Shown: positions 1-12,820 of the stretch, in pieces
How the letters are laid out: each line of letters starts with the position of its first letter
Numbering within the stretch: the stretch's first letter is position 1
Assembly (NCBI GenBank): GCA_030141605.1
Contig: JAQGDQ010000051.1
Coordinates: forward strand, 704,628-768,627
Length of the DNA stretch: 64,000 nucleotides
DNA from: Tubiluchus corallicola
Lineage: Eukaryota; Animalia; Priapulida
Reading direction: 5' to 3'
Notes under the pieces: generated by a model
Seen by the model: the letters and a program-made list of their open reading frames with translations, nothing else
Databases searched by the model: none
What the model was told of the DNA's origin: nothing
Program-made: the position numbers and the translations under genes

Positions 1-8
1 ATTTATAC

Positions 9-242
9 CTGTCAGATTCAAAATACGAAGCAGCAAGAATGCAGAACAGTAGAACAGCCATAAATGTAACTGCAGCATAGTAAAGAATTGGTTCCCAATG
101 TGGCCGAGGTAGTATTCGGGCACATCTGGCTATCATCAGGCTCGGAACTGATGCAATGATAGTAAACATAAGTGGCTCTTCAAGACTCGTATAGAATATT
201 AATGTCCGTTGAATTCTCGACATTGTAAAATCAGGAGTAAAA
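9..242 (-). CDS. TMEM131: TMEM131-family exon with transmembrane helix (gene continues beyond window start)
   Basis: ttgcag|...|gtataa; FTPDFTMSRIQRTL...CARILPRPHWEPILYYAAVTFMAVLLFCILAASYFESD; FTPDFT and LPRPxWE motifs recalled from TMEM131. Confidence 0.93.
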
Positions 243-2343
243 CTGCAAAAAATTGTCAACTTCTGTCAACACTATGTGACAAATGCACATAAAAAATTAG
301 CAACATCACCTGAAAACTACACAGTCTAGTCCCATTTTTTGAAAAGTGTAGCCCTGTAGGTGTTTTTTTTCTAAAAGTGGGCAACATAGCCAATCTTATC
401 AATTTGACTATGCTGAATTCGAAAAACACTGCTGTCACCTATTAGCAGAAAGGGGTTAGAAATGCAAAAAATGGACTCTAGGCTTTTGCACAACGTAAAT
501 TAAATTTTTTTTTAGAAAATTAACATTAAGAAGCCAATATGACATCAATTCCAGAGTAGTTGATCCAAGGAACCCATTTCTGTCAATTTCATTTCAAAAA
601 TGACAACTATTTTCAAAATGGTTGCCACGTGATTACGAAATAATATGTCGCTCATGCAGATTACAGATTAAGATTCATTTGCAAACAAAAAACAATCAAC
701 TGGATCTTCTTGAATCCAGAAAGCTGCTACTAGCCCAAAATAATGCAAAGCGATTCACATAGCCCAATGTGTAAAAAGCATAATGGCCAACTGGATCCTG
801 ATATAACTGCCTAGCCGAACGGTGAGGCACAACTTTGTACAACGTTAATCTGAAGTCAATCAAACATCATCCAATATGGCTGCCATTTTCAAAATGGATG
901 AACAAGATCGATGTCTGTAATAGCTATTTTGAAAGCCATATCCTAACTGTTGGTGCAGCTACTATGATAATTTTGGTGTCTTAATATAGATTTTCAATTT
1001 CAAGGAATCAATTTCTGATGCCCAGAATTTCAAGATGGCTGCCAAAACACTTGTAACCACTTTTGTAATATGTTAGCTATATTGCCTGACCTAAGGAAAA
1101 TAGGACAATGACATTAGTATTTATATGTAGGTTTTAAAGCACAAGAAAACCCTCCACTTACTACCTTTTCGTATGCATGGCTTGCATTGGTAACGCTGTA
1201 TAAAACGTGTAAATTTAAACTCACACGATGACCATTAGGCACAGCCATTTTAATGGTAAGTTGTTTGAAATAAGTTTTGATAACATTAAGTAAGGTTTGG
1301 AAAAATAATCAGAGCATTCGTAGCATACATGTTGCTAATTAACTAAAATTTTAAATTAGTGTATTTTGTCAAAAAGATTAAAAATGCGTTTTTGGCTAGT
1401 AAGTGGCGCACCTTGGAGGGGGAGTCAGCGACATTTTACCAACTGGTACAAACATTTTAAATTATTAGTCTAGTTACATAAGTCTTTCCAGCAGGTAAGT
1501 GAAATGCTAAGTAATATAGATTTGCACGGAAAGCTTTTTGGGTCATAATTTAACATTGCCTTGTCTTCCCGATTTACGTGGCGTAGTGACGTCATGTAAT
1601 GGCGCAGTTGGAACAGGACTACGGAAGATTTAAAATAAAAACAAATGCCTTTCAACGCGAATACGACATGTGCATAAAATTGCTGTAAGGTTGTATAATT
1701 TTTTAAGGCGATTTTTCTGAAACCTACTGCAGGTGCCCCTTTTCTTGTCCTTGAAAGGTCAAGGATTTAAGGTAGTACCAATATGGCTAACATTTTCCAA
1801 ATGACCGAAAAGCTGTTGCTAGAATATAAAAGCCATATCTTATGCTAAATGAAAATGTGAATGCCAGTGATTTTAGCTCTGTGAGCAATCCAGAGTTTGC
1901 TAAAACTGTTTGAAACTAGACTTCAATTTTTGTAGAAAGATACAAAAGGTGACTTGGCCCACATAACAGAAGTACTTGTACCTTTAAAAACACTACTAGA
2001 GCAAAACTATTGGCTGAACTCATGCTGACTGACTGACTGAACTAAAAAGGAAAGGTTTTTTGGTGACAATTCCTTCAACATATACCACGCTGTTGGGGCA
2101 CTGTTGGTATATCAGGGTATATCAGGCAGGTACTGCTGGCCAGGCATTGACCACTCCTCCAGCACAAGATGTGGATTCCTTGACCTTGAAGAAGTACATT
2201 TACACACAAAAATCATCATCTTATCTGCTCTGACAATTGTGGTCGCCTTTCTCTGATGCTAGATAAATCTTGCTAGCCATCTTGAAAGTGGCAACCTCAT
2301 TGGACACTAATCTACAGCTTCTACTTTTAAAACCCCATAGATT

Positions 2344-3183
2344 GTGTGCTAGCAAACCAAAACCGTCCACAAATCGGCATAGTTAAAACTGCATTATGAT
2401 GCTTTTAAGTAGAATGCACCAAAATGTGGTCAAATGTCAATTTTTTGTTTCGTTTTATAATAACCAATGGTAAATATAATCAACTTTTATATTACTGCAT
2501 CAAATTATCTACAAAATGTTCAAAAAACACTAAAAATCTACCCACTTTTCTGGCTAGAAATTAGTACTGCAATTGTAAAAACTCGTATTTTCAAACCCCA
2601 ATCGTGGCTCGTGGAAGCAGTCATTTTGCTTCGGCTTTTTTCTGCTGCCAAGTACAGGTCTTCATTAGGAAGAGCCATCGACTGGATTTATACATAACTT
2701 CAATGTGTTCTTGCAAAGTCCATAGCAATCAACACTTGTGCGGTTGCTAAGTGTTCATTTTGCTTCGGCTTTTTTCTGCTGCCAAGTACAGATCTTCATT
2801 AGGAAGAGCCATCGACGGGATTTATACATAACTTCAATGTGTTTTTGTAAAGTCCATGGCAATCAACACTTGTGCGGTTGCTAAGTGTTGATTTTGCTTC
2901 GGCTTTTTTCTGCTGCCAAGTACAGATCTTCATTAGGAAGAGCCATCGACTGGATTTATACATAACTTCAATGTGTTCTTGCAAAGTCCATAGCAATCAA
3001 CACTTGTGCGGTTGCTAAGTGTTTTGCAGAAACGTGACAAAAACAATGGCTAACTTTAATCTCAGCTTAGAAATAACATAGAGTGATGAACTTGGTATCA
3101 AAATGCTCCTCATGAAGTGGAGCATATGTGAATATCTAGAAAAACTTAATTGATGATTTGTGGACGATTTTGCTATGCAAAGT
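2344..3183 (+). mobile_element. TIR MITE, copy 1 (same family as 27816-28471), right end decayed
   Basis: Colinear similarity to 27816-28471; starts GTGTGCTAGCAAACCAAAACCGTCCAC. Confidence 0.75.
2623..3023. repeat. Tandem triplication of a 134-bp unit inside the MITE
   Basis: ATTTTGCTTCGG starts at 2623, 2757 and 2891; near-identical units. Confidence 0.95.
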
Positions 3184-3929
3184 GATTAATTTTGGATAGA
3201 GGTCAAACGAAAATCATCCAATATTGCCGCCATTTAAAAATGACCTAGAAGATGAAAGGTTGTTTTTTAAAGCCGTATCTTAGCTGCTAGAGCAGTTAAG
3301 TGTTTTTAAGCATTAGGTGTGCTGCTTGACCCTTAATACCTATATTTAGAGGATTTTTTATTGACTCTAGCCAAAATTAATCAGCATTATGCTAAATTTC
3401 ATAAATTTTAGACGAAATGAGCAATTTTCACAATTCTGCTGGACTATATGTCGGCGACCTGGTGGCCATTTTCTTTTTTGCTTAATTTCTCTTTGCATCC
3501 TGTTATTAGTCTAGCAGTATTTAGGTTCAACAAGAACGAATCGATAAAAATAACTTGCTTTTTGTTTTTATAATAAATCTTTAGGTGAAACAGGTAACGT
3601 AATTGTTTGGCATAATTTCTTTTTTGTGTGTCGGCCATTTCGAAAACCGTGACCATTTTTATAACAAAAGTAACAGAAATGGATTGCAAAGGCCCCAGAA
3701 TAGATGTCAGCATCACTTCATAATATTAATTTTATGAGTGCTTGTTTTGATAGATATTTTATTTGTCTCCTTTTTGAACACAATAATGAACCAATACAGA
3801 AAGGGAGGTGAAAAACCATACAGTTATCGAATCAGCCCTCTCAATGTGTAACAATAGCAGCACTAATGACGAAAATTTTCTAAATAAGTTAATTAGATAG
3901 GGTCTGGCACAGTCACAAATTGCAGAATC

Positions 3930-4480
3930 AGAAATAAAGTCAAATAAAGTATATAGAAAACAGGGAAAATTTATGTAACAAAATATTAAGGAAATGAATT
4001 AAGAAAAATATGCAAAATGAATTAAGAAAAGCAAAAGCAAAAAATATATGCAAATAAACAAAAAAAAAAACAGAAATTAAATTAAGCAAAAAACAAAATG
4101 CATAACTGAAGTACAATTTTAAGTACTGTCATGCAAGAAATAAATAAAAACTAAAAGCAAATAAACACAATGGGAAAAAATAAGCAAAGCTAAGCAAACA
4201 ATCATAATTGACAAAACAAATTAAACAATAAGCAAATAAACAAAAACTAAGCAAGTAAACAGGAATGAAATTCTACAATAAGTGAAATGTACTTTAATTT
4301 GTGTAATATAAATTATGTCAAAAACCAAAATGAAGTAAAAAGAAAATAAGAAAATTTTAACACAGGTGATTATGCAGTCGAAATGCAATCTTAAATGTTA
4401 TTAATGGTGACTTATGCTACTGAAATGCAATCTTGGTGAATTTTATGTCAAACAAAAAATAAATGTAAAAATATAAACAA
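3930..4480. repeat. A-rich low-complexity tract (AAGCAAA/AAAT motifs)
   Basis: Direct inspection. Confidence 0.7.
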
Positions 4481-4789
4481 ATCAAAGTCTTCATTTCTGA
4501 CACGGTGCAGAAACATAGTCTCATGACTGAAGATCGTGTATTAAGATTTTCTGTTTTTAATTCCTTTGAAATACCTATACCTGCAGCATAATCTGAAACC
4601 CTCGATGGAACTGGGTTCGAAATTTATCAGGGTACAGATTGTTTCTAACCTACTCTTTCTAAACGTAACCAATTCAAAGCTGTTTTACTATATAAATTTG
4701 TAAAGTTCATTCACTTTCATGTTTTGCTAACCAAATGTTTTTTACAGCTTGGTCAACATTTTCCCCCTCGGCCCCTATTTTGTCCCCTA

Positions 4790-5075
4790 GTGGGGTAATA
4801 TGTTAACAATTCTTGTTGTAGCCCCTAGCATTCAATTCGCTTCATCGAGACCTATCATTTGATATGCTACAAGATACCATTGCTCAACACTTGGTGCACT
4901 TCTGTTCCTGACCCCAATTTTTCGGTTTTTGCTCCTTAGTGGTGTCATAGGTTAGTAATTCTCATTGTAATCTATACCATTCGATTCGCCTAATAGAGAC
5001 GTTTCATTTGATATGCTACAAGATACCATTGTTAAACACCCTGTGCACTTCTGTTCCGGACTTCCATTTTTCGAT
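4790..5075. repeat. About 150-bp diverged tandem duplication in a TE remnant
   Basis: TCATTTGATATGCTACAAGATACCATTG at about 4855 and 5004; related motif at about 28762 and 33635. Confidence 0.7.
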
Positions 5076-5177
5076 TTTTATCAGTTAAACTAGTTTTTTT
5101 TTAATATAACTTTTTAACTGTATTTTATGTAGTGTGCTGAGATAACTTTTATATAGTGCACTAAAAATTAAGTATTA

Positions 5178-5936
5178 TCTATATCTATCTATCTATCTAT
5201 ATATATATATATATATAAGATTCGAGGCTACAGCTCCGACGATGGCACCATTTGCGGCGATCTATACATCAAACGAAAGGTCTGGATCTACTGTCGTGCC
5301 ATCGGGGGTTCATTTTTCGAATCGGGCCCACCGGGAGCGAAAAACCTTCAAAAATGGCCATTTTTCGGCCTTTTTTGCAAAACTTATACCTCTTATTTCT
5401 ATAGAACGGGAACAAGTCGGGGGTGGTGCTGGCCACAGATAGATAGCCCGTTCAGCGGTGGGTTATAATAGGTGTATTTAGAATTCGCGAGAGGGCCACA
5501 GCGTCCCGTAACGGACGTTTTCCCGGACCCAACTCCCGATTTTTTCGAAATTTTGACCAAACAGCCTGCAGAGGAAACGTTCTAGCAGCGCTTAGTGTGA
5601 TTCTCGGAAGGAGATATATGGCTCTTTAGAAAGAGGAAGAACGGGGCTACAAGATGATGTAGGCTATATTTTAGGACACATACACCAAGAGGAGTAGCGA
5701 GAAGTTAATTAGCTGTTCCATTTTTGGCAATTTTCGCTTGGAAAACTGCTGACGCAAAGCCATTGTTCTGACGTCATCCATTATACTCTGCTTATAACTT
5801 TAATTCAGTAAAAGCTGCGGCTCGCTTTGCGTTATAAATGACGACTGTGTAGGATGTTCACGTATTATTGATTATGAGTGTATTTATAAGCAAATTTTTT
5901 TTGCGGGCCTTTGCTAGTCTATATATTAACTTCGCT

Positions 5937-5986
<50 letters not shown>

Positions 5987-7481
5987 ATTCGAGGCTACAG
6001 CTCCGATGGCGGCACCATTTGCGGCGATCTATATATCAAATGAAAGGTCTGGATCTAGTGTCATGCCATTGGGGGTTTATTTTCAGAATCGGGCCCACCG
6101 GGAGGAACGGGGGGGGGGGAGGCGAAAAACCTCCAAAAATGGCTATTTTTCGTCCTTTTTTGCAAAACTTATACCTCTTATATCTGAAGAACGGGAACGG
6201 GCCATGGGTGGTGCTGGCTATGGATAGATAGCCCGTTCAGCGATGGGTGTAGTAGGCATATTTAGAATTCGCAAGAGGGCTACGGCGTCCTGCAACGGAC
6301 GTTTTCCCGGACCCAACTCTCGAATTTTTCGAAATTTTGGTCAAACAGCCTGCAGAAAAAACATTCTAGTGGTGCCTGGTGAGACTCTCGGAAGAAGATA
6401 TATAGCTCTTTAGAAAGAGCAAGAACAGGGCTACACGATGCTGTGGGCTATATTTTAGTACATGTCCACCAAGAGGAGTACCGACAAGTAAATTAGATGT
6501 TCTATTTTTGGCAATTTTTGCTTGGAGAGCTGCTGACCCAAAGCCATTGTTCTGACGTCATCTATTATACTCTGCTTATAACCTTATAACTTTAATTCAG
6601 TAAAAGCTGCTGACTTTGTGTTAGGTAAATAAATGAACACTAGGTAGGATGTTCGCGCATTATTGATTATAAGTGTGTTTATACGCAAAATTTTTTTGCG
6701 GGGCCTTTGCTAGTCGATATATTAATTTCGCTGGTATATATATATATATAACATTCGAGGCTACAGCTCCGACGACAGCGCCATTTGCGGCGATCTATAT
6801 ATCAAATGAAAGGTCTGGATCTAGTGTCGTGCTGTTGGGGCTTTATTTTTCGAATTGGGCCCACCGGAAGGAACGGGGAGGGGGGGGCGAAAAACCTGCA
6901 AAAATGGCAATTTTTCGGCCGTTTTTTTGCAAAAAATTGCAAAATTTATACCTCTTATTTCTAGAAAACAAGAATGTGCCAGGAGCGGTGTCAAAAATGG
7001 TTAGATAGCCCGTTCAGCGGTGGGTGTCATAGTCATATTTAGATTTCACAGGAGGGGCACCAATGCCCGTTACAGGCATTTTCCCAGACACAACTCTGGG
7101 AAATTTTGGCCAAACGGCCTGCAGTAAAAACGTTCTAGCGGTGCCTGGTGGGACTCTTGGAAGGAGATATATGGCTCTTTAGAAAGAGGAAGAACAGGGC
7201 TACACGATGATGTGGGCTATATTTTAGTACACGTCCATCAAGAGGAGTGGCGACAAGTTAATTAGATGTTCCATTTTCGGCAATTTTCACTTGGAAAACT
7301 GCTGACGCAAAGCCATTGTTGTGACGTCATCCATTATACTCTGTCTATAACCTTATAACTTTAATTCAGTAAAAGCTGCTGCTGCTGGCTTTGCGTTATA
7401 AATGAGGACTGTGTAGGATGTTCGCGTATTATTGATTATAAGTGTATTTATAAGCAAATTTTTTTGCGGGGCCTTTGCTAG
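5178..7481 (+). mobile_element. Three head-to-tail non-autonomous Helitron units (about 5178-5917, 5918-6713, 6714-7481)
   Basis: 5' TC with (TA)n; 3' GCAAA...TTTGC hairpin followed by GGCCTTTGCTAG; CTAG|TC junctions at 5917/5918 and 6713/6714; final CTAG|T; no TSD or TIR. Confidence 0.85.
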
Positions 7482-7782
7482 TTATTATTATTATTATTAA
7501 TAATAATATTAATCCCTCCCCCCGTTATGCCTGTATGGATAATTTCCTCTTTTTTTGTTGTTGTTATTGCTCATTTGAAACAGTACAGGATTGTTCTTTT
7601 GTGATTTCAATGTGGTTGTTCTAAGTGTCAACTGCCGTTTTATTACTATTCTTTGTATTCTTACCTATCCTACGTTTAATAAGGCATGTAACCTATCCTG
7701 TTTAAACATTTAAAAATAAAATAGAAATTAACTATAAAATATGGCAATACAAATACAAATAAAATAAAGTAAACTATATAAG

Positions 7783-7855
7783 ATAAAATAAAATAAAATA
7801 AAATAAAATAAAATAAAATAAAATAAAATAAAATAAAATAAAATAAAATAAAATA
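7783..7855. repeat. (AAAAT)n microsatellite
   Basis: Direct inspection. Confidence 0.95.
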
Positions 7856-7996
7856 ACATAAACTAAGCATTTCAGATTACGCCTCAAATTCGATATTAAT
7901 TAACTCATACATTAGTTTATTGTCTTATTATGAAATACAAAATAATACTATGCATTTAGGAAGTTTATCAAACAATCTACAGCTATAAATGCTTAC

Positions 7997-8189
7997 CCAA
8001 TTGTTAACTGCTGTGTTTTATTGGGCAATAACTCAAATGGAGCACAGTTGAGGACTCTAAAACCGTAACCTTCACAATGTTGTCCACTTATTGACATACC
8101 ACTAACAAAAAGTGGAAGTTCTCCTGTATTACGCACGGTGATTTTTCGCTGCACCGGGAAAATGGGCAACCCCTTTGCACTTGGTATTT
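7997..8189 (-). CDS. TMEM131: TMEM131-family exon
   Basis: tttcag|...|gtaagc; ...VRNTGELPLFVSGMSISGQHCEGYGFRVLNCAPFEL... (CEGYGF motif). Confidence 0.93.
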
Positions 8190-8799
8190 CTGAAACAAAA
8201 GAAATGCCACTTGCAATAGATATAACTTGTTATTGAATTTTAATTTCGTTTGATTTGTTTCACCCTAACCTAATGAGTACCAAAGACAAAAAAAGCAGTT
8301 AATATTTAAAAATGTTGTAAATAACATTCTGAAAATAAAAAGGTGCTATTCTACAGAAACAAAAAATTTGACGTTTTAGTAGATCACTATAGATATCATT
8401 CGGGTGTGTCGTAAAGTTTAACTAAAACTGTGCAAGTGCCTTGTTTTTGATGCATCAGTGCTTGTCACTTGTGTGAACATAGTTCACTAGGAACAGTACA
8501 TTCAAAACTGATTTAACTGTATCGAATCAGCAATATTTTAAACACCTTAATTATACTGTATTTCTACAAGAATCTTAGACTGTATATAAGCCTATTTTCA
8601 TGCTAGGTCATCACCAGGTATTTTTGAGTTTTAAAGCTGGGTCTCTGACCTTTGTTATCATTAACATACGTTTTTTGCATAATCATAACCTTAGGAAAAT
8701 GTTAACGTACTTGAGAATTTTTGCAATCTGCTCTTGAAGTAGTGAAATAATATCCAGCAGAACTGGGAAACAAATGTATTATCTACTGATATATTAGTT

Positions 8800-9305
8800 G
8801 TGGAAATCATGGCTTAGAACAGTGGAAGCATTTGCTGATACAATAAGTCATAACTCTGCTGCAGCAAGCATTCCTTCTGAGAAGGCGAGACCATTTAGTG
8901 TTGATGAATGCTGTTCCCAAGGTGTGAAGGGAGCAAATCCGCAATTTTGTAATTCAGCAAAGAAACCCACAGAGATTGTTACACCCAAATGCCAAGAACC
9001 AAAAGAACATCGACAGAAGCTAGAAAGAAGAGACAATTAGGAGGATAATTATCAGAACCAACAAACATAGTCATAGGCCCAAAAACTCCTGACATCTTTC
9101 TTTTTCGTGACTCACTGACATACAAGATGAAGAAATTAGTGAAATTTTGACATTGCAAGGAGTAGACAAGTAAGGATGAATAAAATTTCCCATTCAAATG
9201 CTACATAGAAGTCACATAGGATCAGCATTCCTCCAAAAAATCTGGAATCAGTCTTTGATCATGAATTCCGGCCATGCGGGGATCAGTGTCAGGCAGTACA
9301 TTCAG
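8800..9305 (+). pseudogene. Decayed LINE ORF1 C-terminal fragment (CR1/L2-group-like)
   Basis: Across frameshifts: PDIFLFR...EEISEILTLQGV...ISHSNAT*KSHRISIP...DHEFRPCGISVRQY, resembling the ORF1 ...FWPxGVxVRxF/Y end. Confidence 0.5.
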
Positions 9306-10687
9306 TCAAAGTCAAAGGAGAAATTGGTTGTTTCATCAAGCGAGGGTCACAATCTGCTGACCAAGCTGTTACTAACAATTAAAATACCCTTTTTCGGGGT
9401 GGCTTCGTACATAGTTTTTCGTTTTTTATCTTTGTTGTCAGTTATGGGTGAAACCAATGTTTGCTTAGTCTTTGGAAATTGTTCAAGTTTTAATACTGAC
9501 AGGCAAATTTCTATTCAATGTTTATTACTAATTCTTGTTAATTCAGAAACACTGTCTTTTGGAAGACAAGTTATGAAAGCTTAATAATATTTATGACGTG
9601 CATTTCCTAACGTAGATATTTTAGCCTACCTTCACATACTCTATGATAGTAATAGTAATTATATAACTAGTAATTTATTCTTTAAACATATTCCACATAT
9701 GATTACTGAAAAACATAATAAAAATATAAAACATTGTAAAACTACTGCTGCAGCCACAGGTTTAAATACCATGCACACGCAGAGAGACAGACTGTGAGCC
9801 TGTATATTGAACAATAGTTCAAAAGTGGCTCAAGTGCTGTTGTTGCCATATAGCAGACACAGAATTTACATTAGAACATGGTGCTCACTGTTCCTAATTT
9901 TCTGCGCGAGTCTAGCAATATCTCTTTGTGCATGCACCCACTGCCTACCTAAGTAGGACACCAAAAGTAATAATTAAAAAGCTAAGGTGTGTTTTTTGGA
10001 ATTTCAATTCCATCAAGATTGGTTTGGTTGCGAATATGACCAATAAAAATATAAATTTTGCCAGAATTGCTCTCTTTTCTTTCTTTCCATGAATTTTCTT
10101 ACATCAAATTGCAACTCTAAGCAAAAAATCACACTGCTACGTCTCTGGTTTACATGATCTACCTAATGGTCACGGTTTGAGAAATGAAGCATGAAAGCCA
10201 CTCAAATGTAATCAGGGCAGCTACCACTAAGCAAACTAGGCAGTTACCTAGGATACCAAGTTCTGGAAGTAATTCTTTAATTTTTAAGTTAGCATAAGCA
10301 ATAACATAGCGTATGTGTAATTCTTAAGTGCATAACATTTTAATTAAATGAAATGAACTACGTGTTATTTAACTGTAAAAATATATGATTCATTGACGCT
10401 AACACAAAGTTGTCCACTTTTCTCTATCTTGTTTCCCAAGATTATATCATTTGACACAAACATTATTGATGCATTACCCTGCTTTTGTTTGCAGTTTCTA
10501 TTGTGTGCACATGCTAATAACGAATTTGTAACCAGACTAGAGTAACGGTTGTGAAGATGATGAAACTAATCAAATGGATGTATACATAAAAAAGAGGAGT
10601 TAGGGTTTCAAAAATTTTCCGATGAAATGGCAGAAGCAAAATCTGGCTCAGAGCAGCAGAAATTGCGGTAATTTAATTGTACCTGGA

Positions 10688-11274
10688 CAGGGGCAGATTA
10701 ACCTTTAGGCTAATAAGGTTATAGCCTTAGGCCTTAAATTTTGATAGGCCTTTGGAGTCATGAGGTCAATGACCAACAGACAGAGATAATGCTATTTAGT
10801 AAACAGGATATCATTTAAACTGAACATGCTAAAGACAAGTGGCTTATATTTGTTTTTCTTTTTACAGCTTTGCCAGGCCAGTAAATATTTCATTTTTCAA
10901 TATAGACTCACACATTTGGACACAGGTGGTCTTGGCCACATAGGCAACTTGGGGGTTGTCTATTTTGGACACCTGGGGAATTTGGGTATATGGGCTATTA
11001 ATTCAACAGTTGTAAAGAGTAGGACATTTAGACATGTGCAGCATACTTCTCATTGTCCAATGCTTTAGAATCTTCAACTCGGCTTTTGGTTAATCCAGAC
11101 GAAAGGGCATGACAAACAAAATCATTTATCGCGAGTAACGACAAAGGCTGTTAATAAGTATAAATAAAAACTAAAGAACAATTAACATTTTTATAGTTTC
11201 TGAGAAGTTTGATGATATGAATAAATCCCTTCGTTTGTTGATAGCCTTAGGGCCGTGAAACCTTAACACCCTTG
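10688..11274. mobile_element. Possible hAT-like non-autonomous element
   Basis: CAGGGGCAGATTAA ... TTAACACCCTTG ends; subterminal TAGCCTTAGG at both ends; imperfect 8-bp TSD tacctgga/cacctgaa. Confidence 0.45.
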
Positions 11275-11625
11275 CACCTGAAAGCCTAGGACGTACGAGG
11301 TCATAAATTCAATTTGAAATTCAATCAACACAAGCTGTAAATAGGTAATTAACTGCATTTAATTAGTACACTATAATACACATAAAAGCATAATACTATC
11401 ATAATAAAAAATATAAATAATACAAGAAAAATTCAATTTAGACTGCACAATTTGCTCAATGCTGAATAAGAATGTGCTATAATTGTCTTCAGTCAAGATT
11501 ACTTCTGTCTCTAGCAGAGACGGCATTTACTCAAAATGCATAAAGCATGAACAAAGAATACACAATGGCCAAACAGCATTTTAAGCTTAAAAAATTAATC
11601 CCTGTACAAAACTTATACTACTTAC

Positions 11626-11747
11626 TATCACAATTCTGGAGGTCTTTTTCTTTTACATCAAATTTTACTGTAGACGGAGACATCTTTAACTTGCCACCTC
11701 CACCACGACCTTCTAAGATTACCACATCCAACACAGTCAAGTTGTTC
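11626..11747 (-). CDS. TMEM131: TMEM131-family exon
   Basis: ttttag|...|gtaagt; (R)NNLTVLDVVILEGRGGGGKL...KFDVKEKDLQNCD (RNNLT motif). Confidence 0.92.
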
Positions 11748-11836
11748 CTAAAATGAGCATAAGCAAATCAGATTTTGCGACTCACAAGAGAAACTTAAAC
11801 GAAGTGAATTCTGTATTTGGCAAACAGATGTAACTA

Positions 11837-12820
11837 CACCAAAACTGAATTTATTGCCAACCGGTTTCGAACAAACTGCTCATTGTTAAGGTACCTAAAA
11901 CAAAGAAATTTACCAGAATTTAGAAACAACATCGAAGTGCAATTCAGTACTTAGATAGCCAAAAGAAATATGATAAACCATTATATAGATAATTTAGCAA
12001 TTTACCTTACAGATTACATATCTAGATTCGTACGAAACTATGTTAGACTCCACAAACAAACAAACAATTATGTTAGTAGTAAAAGAACTATCAATGTTAG
12101 GGAGCTGCCATTTTGTTGCTGAATTCCACAAAACACAATGCACTGTTGGTGTTGTACAGGCTCAAGTGCACTTCAGCAGTAAAGAGTGCACATACTCATC
12201 TGTGCTGTTTAACTTGTGACCAATACCAGTATTAAGCGGTTCGTACCAGATGCCCACATTGTGATGACAACTGTGAAGTTGAGGTCTACATTACCTCTGC
12301 TGAAATGTGCTGTTCCAAAGTTCATACAGTCTAATCTAGTATACCATTTTAAATGTGAATCGAGCAATGATTCCTATGTCGGTCGACGTCTTTCATTTAG
12401 ATTAGCTGAACATCACAGAACAACACAGAGATCTCAAAGGTGCCAAGGTGGGCCAGCATTTGAAGTAAACATCTTAGTCAAAGGACACAATTACCATGTT
12501 TTGTCAATACTGGAAGCATAATACAGTAAATGTATTGGTCATAAGTTAAATTGCAGCTCCCTAACATTGATAGTTCTGTTACTACTAACATAATTGTTTG
12601 TTTGTGGAGTGTAGTATAGTTTCATACCAATCTAGATATGTAACCTGCAAGGTAAATTACCAACTTATCTATATAGCGGTTTATCATATACATTTTGGTT
12701 ATCTAACTACTGAATTGCATTTCGATGTTGTTTCTAAATTCTTGTAAATTTCTTTGTTTTAGATGCCTTGACAATGAACAGTTTTTTCGAAACCTGTCGG
12801 CAATAAACTCAATTTTGGTG
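11837..12820 (+). mobile_element. Penelope-like element 3' fragment: GIY-YIG remnant between inverted pseudo-LTRs (11837-12108 and 12553-12820)
   Basis: SNLVYHFKCES..SYVG..RLAEH...LSILEA GIY-YIG motifs (12216-12521); about 270-bp inverted repeat; AATAAA at 12802. Confidence 0.85.
12765..12801 (+). ncRNA. Minimal hammerhead-ribozyme-like motif in the pseudo-LTR (second copy at 11856-11892, minus strand)
   Basis: Two-copy consensus GCC-TTGACAAT-GAGCA gtt TGTTC-GAAA-CCG-GTC-GGC; core is a variant of CUGANGA. Confidence 0.55.

Larger units (their letters stand above)
320..3740. mobile_element. Decayed non-autonomous DNA-transposon-derived region (superfamily uncertain)
   Basis: Recurrent AAAATGGCYGCC/GCCATTTT motifs; diverged internal duplications (about 860-960, 1760-1845, 3200-3300); inverted similarity between about 520-585 and 3670-3730. 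Confidence 0.35.

Noticed and set aside
2623-3023. Regular repeats resembling a CRISPR array
   Set aside because: Contiguous 134-bp tandem units with no unique spacers, in eukaryotic context, inside a MITE.
5242-7008. Recurring short ORFs (APFAAIYISNERS...)
   Set aside because: They arise from the repeated Helitron body; frames break differently in each copy.
9390-9495. Candidate minus-strand exon (KLEQFPKTKQ...)
   Set aside because: No TMEM131 similarity that I can recognise; exons 11626-11747 and 7997-8189 join directly in phase.
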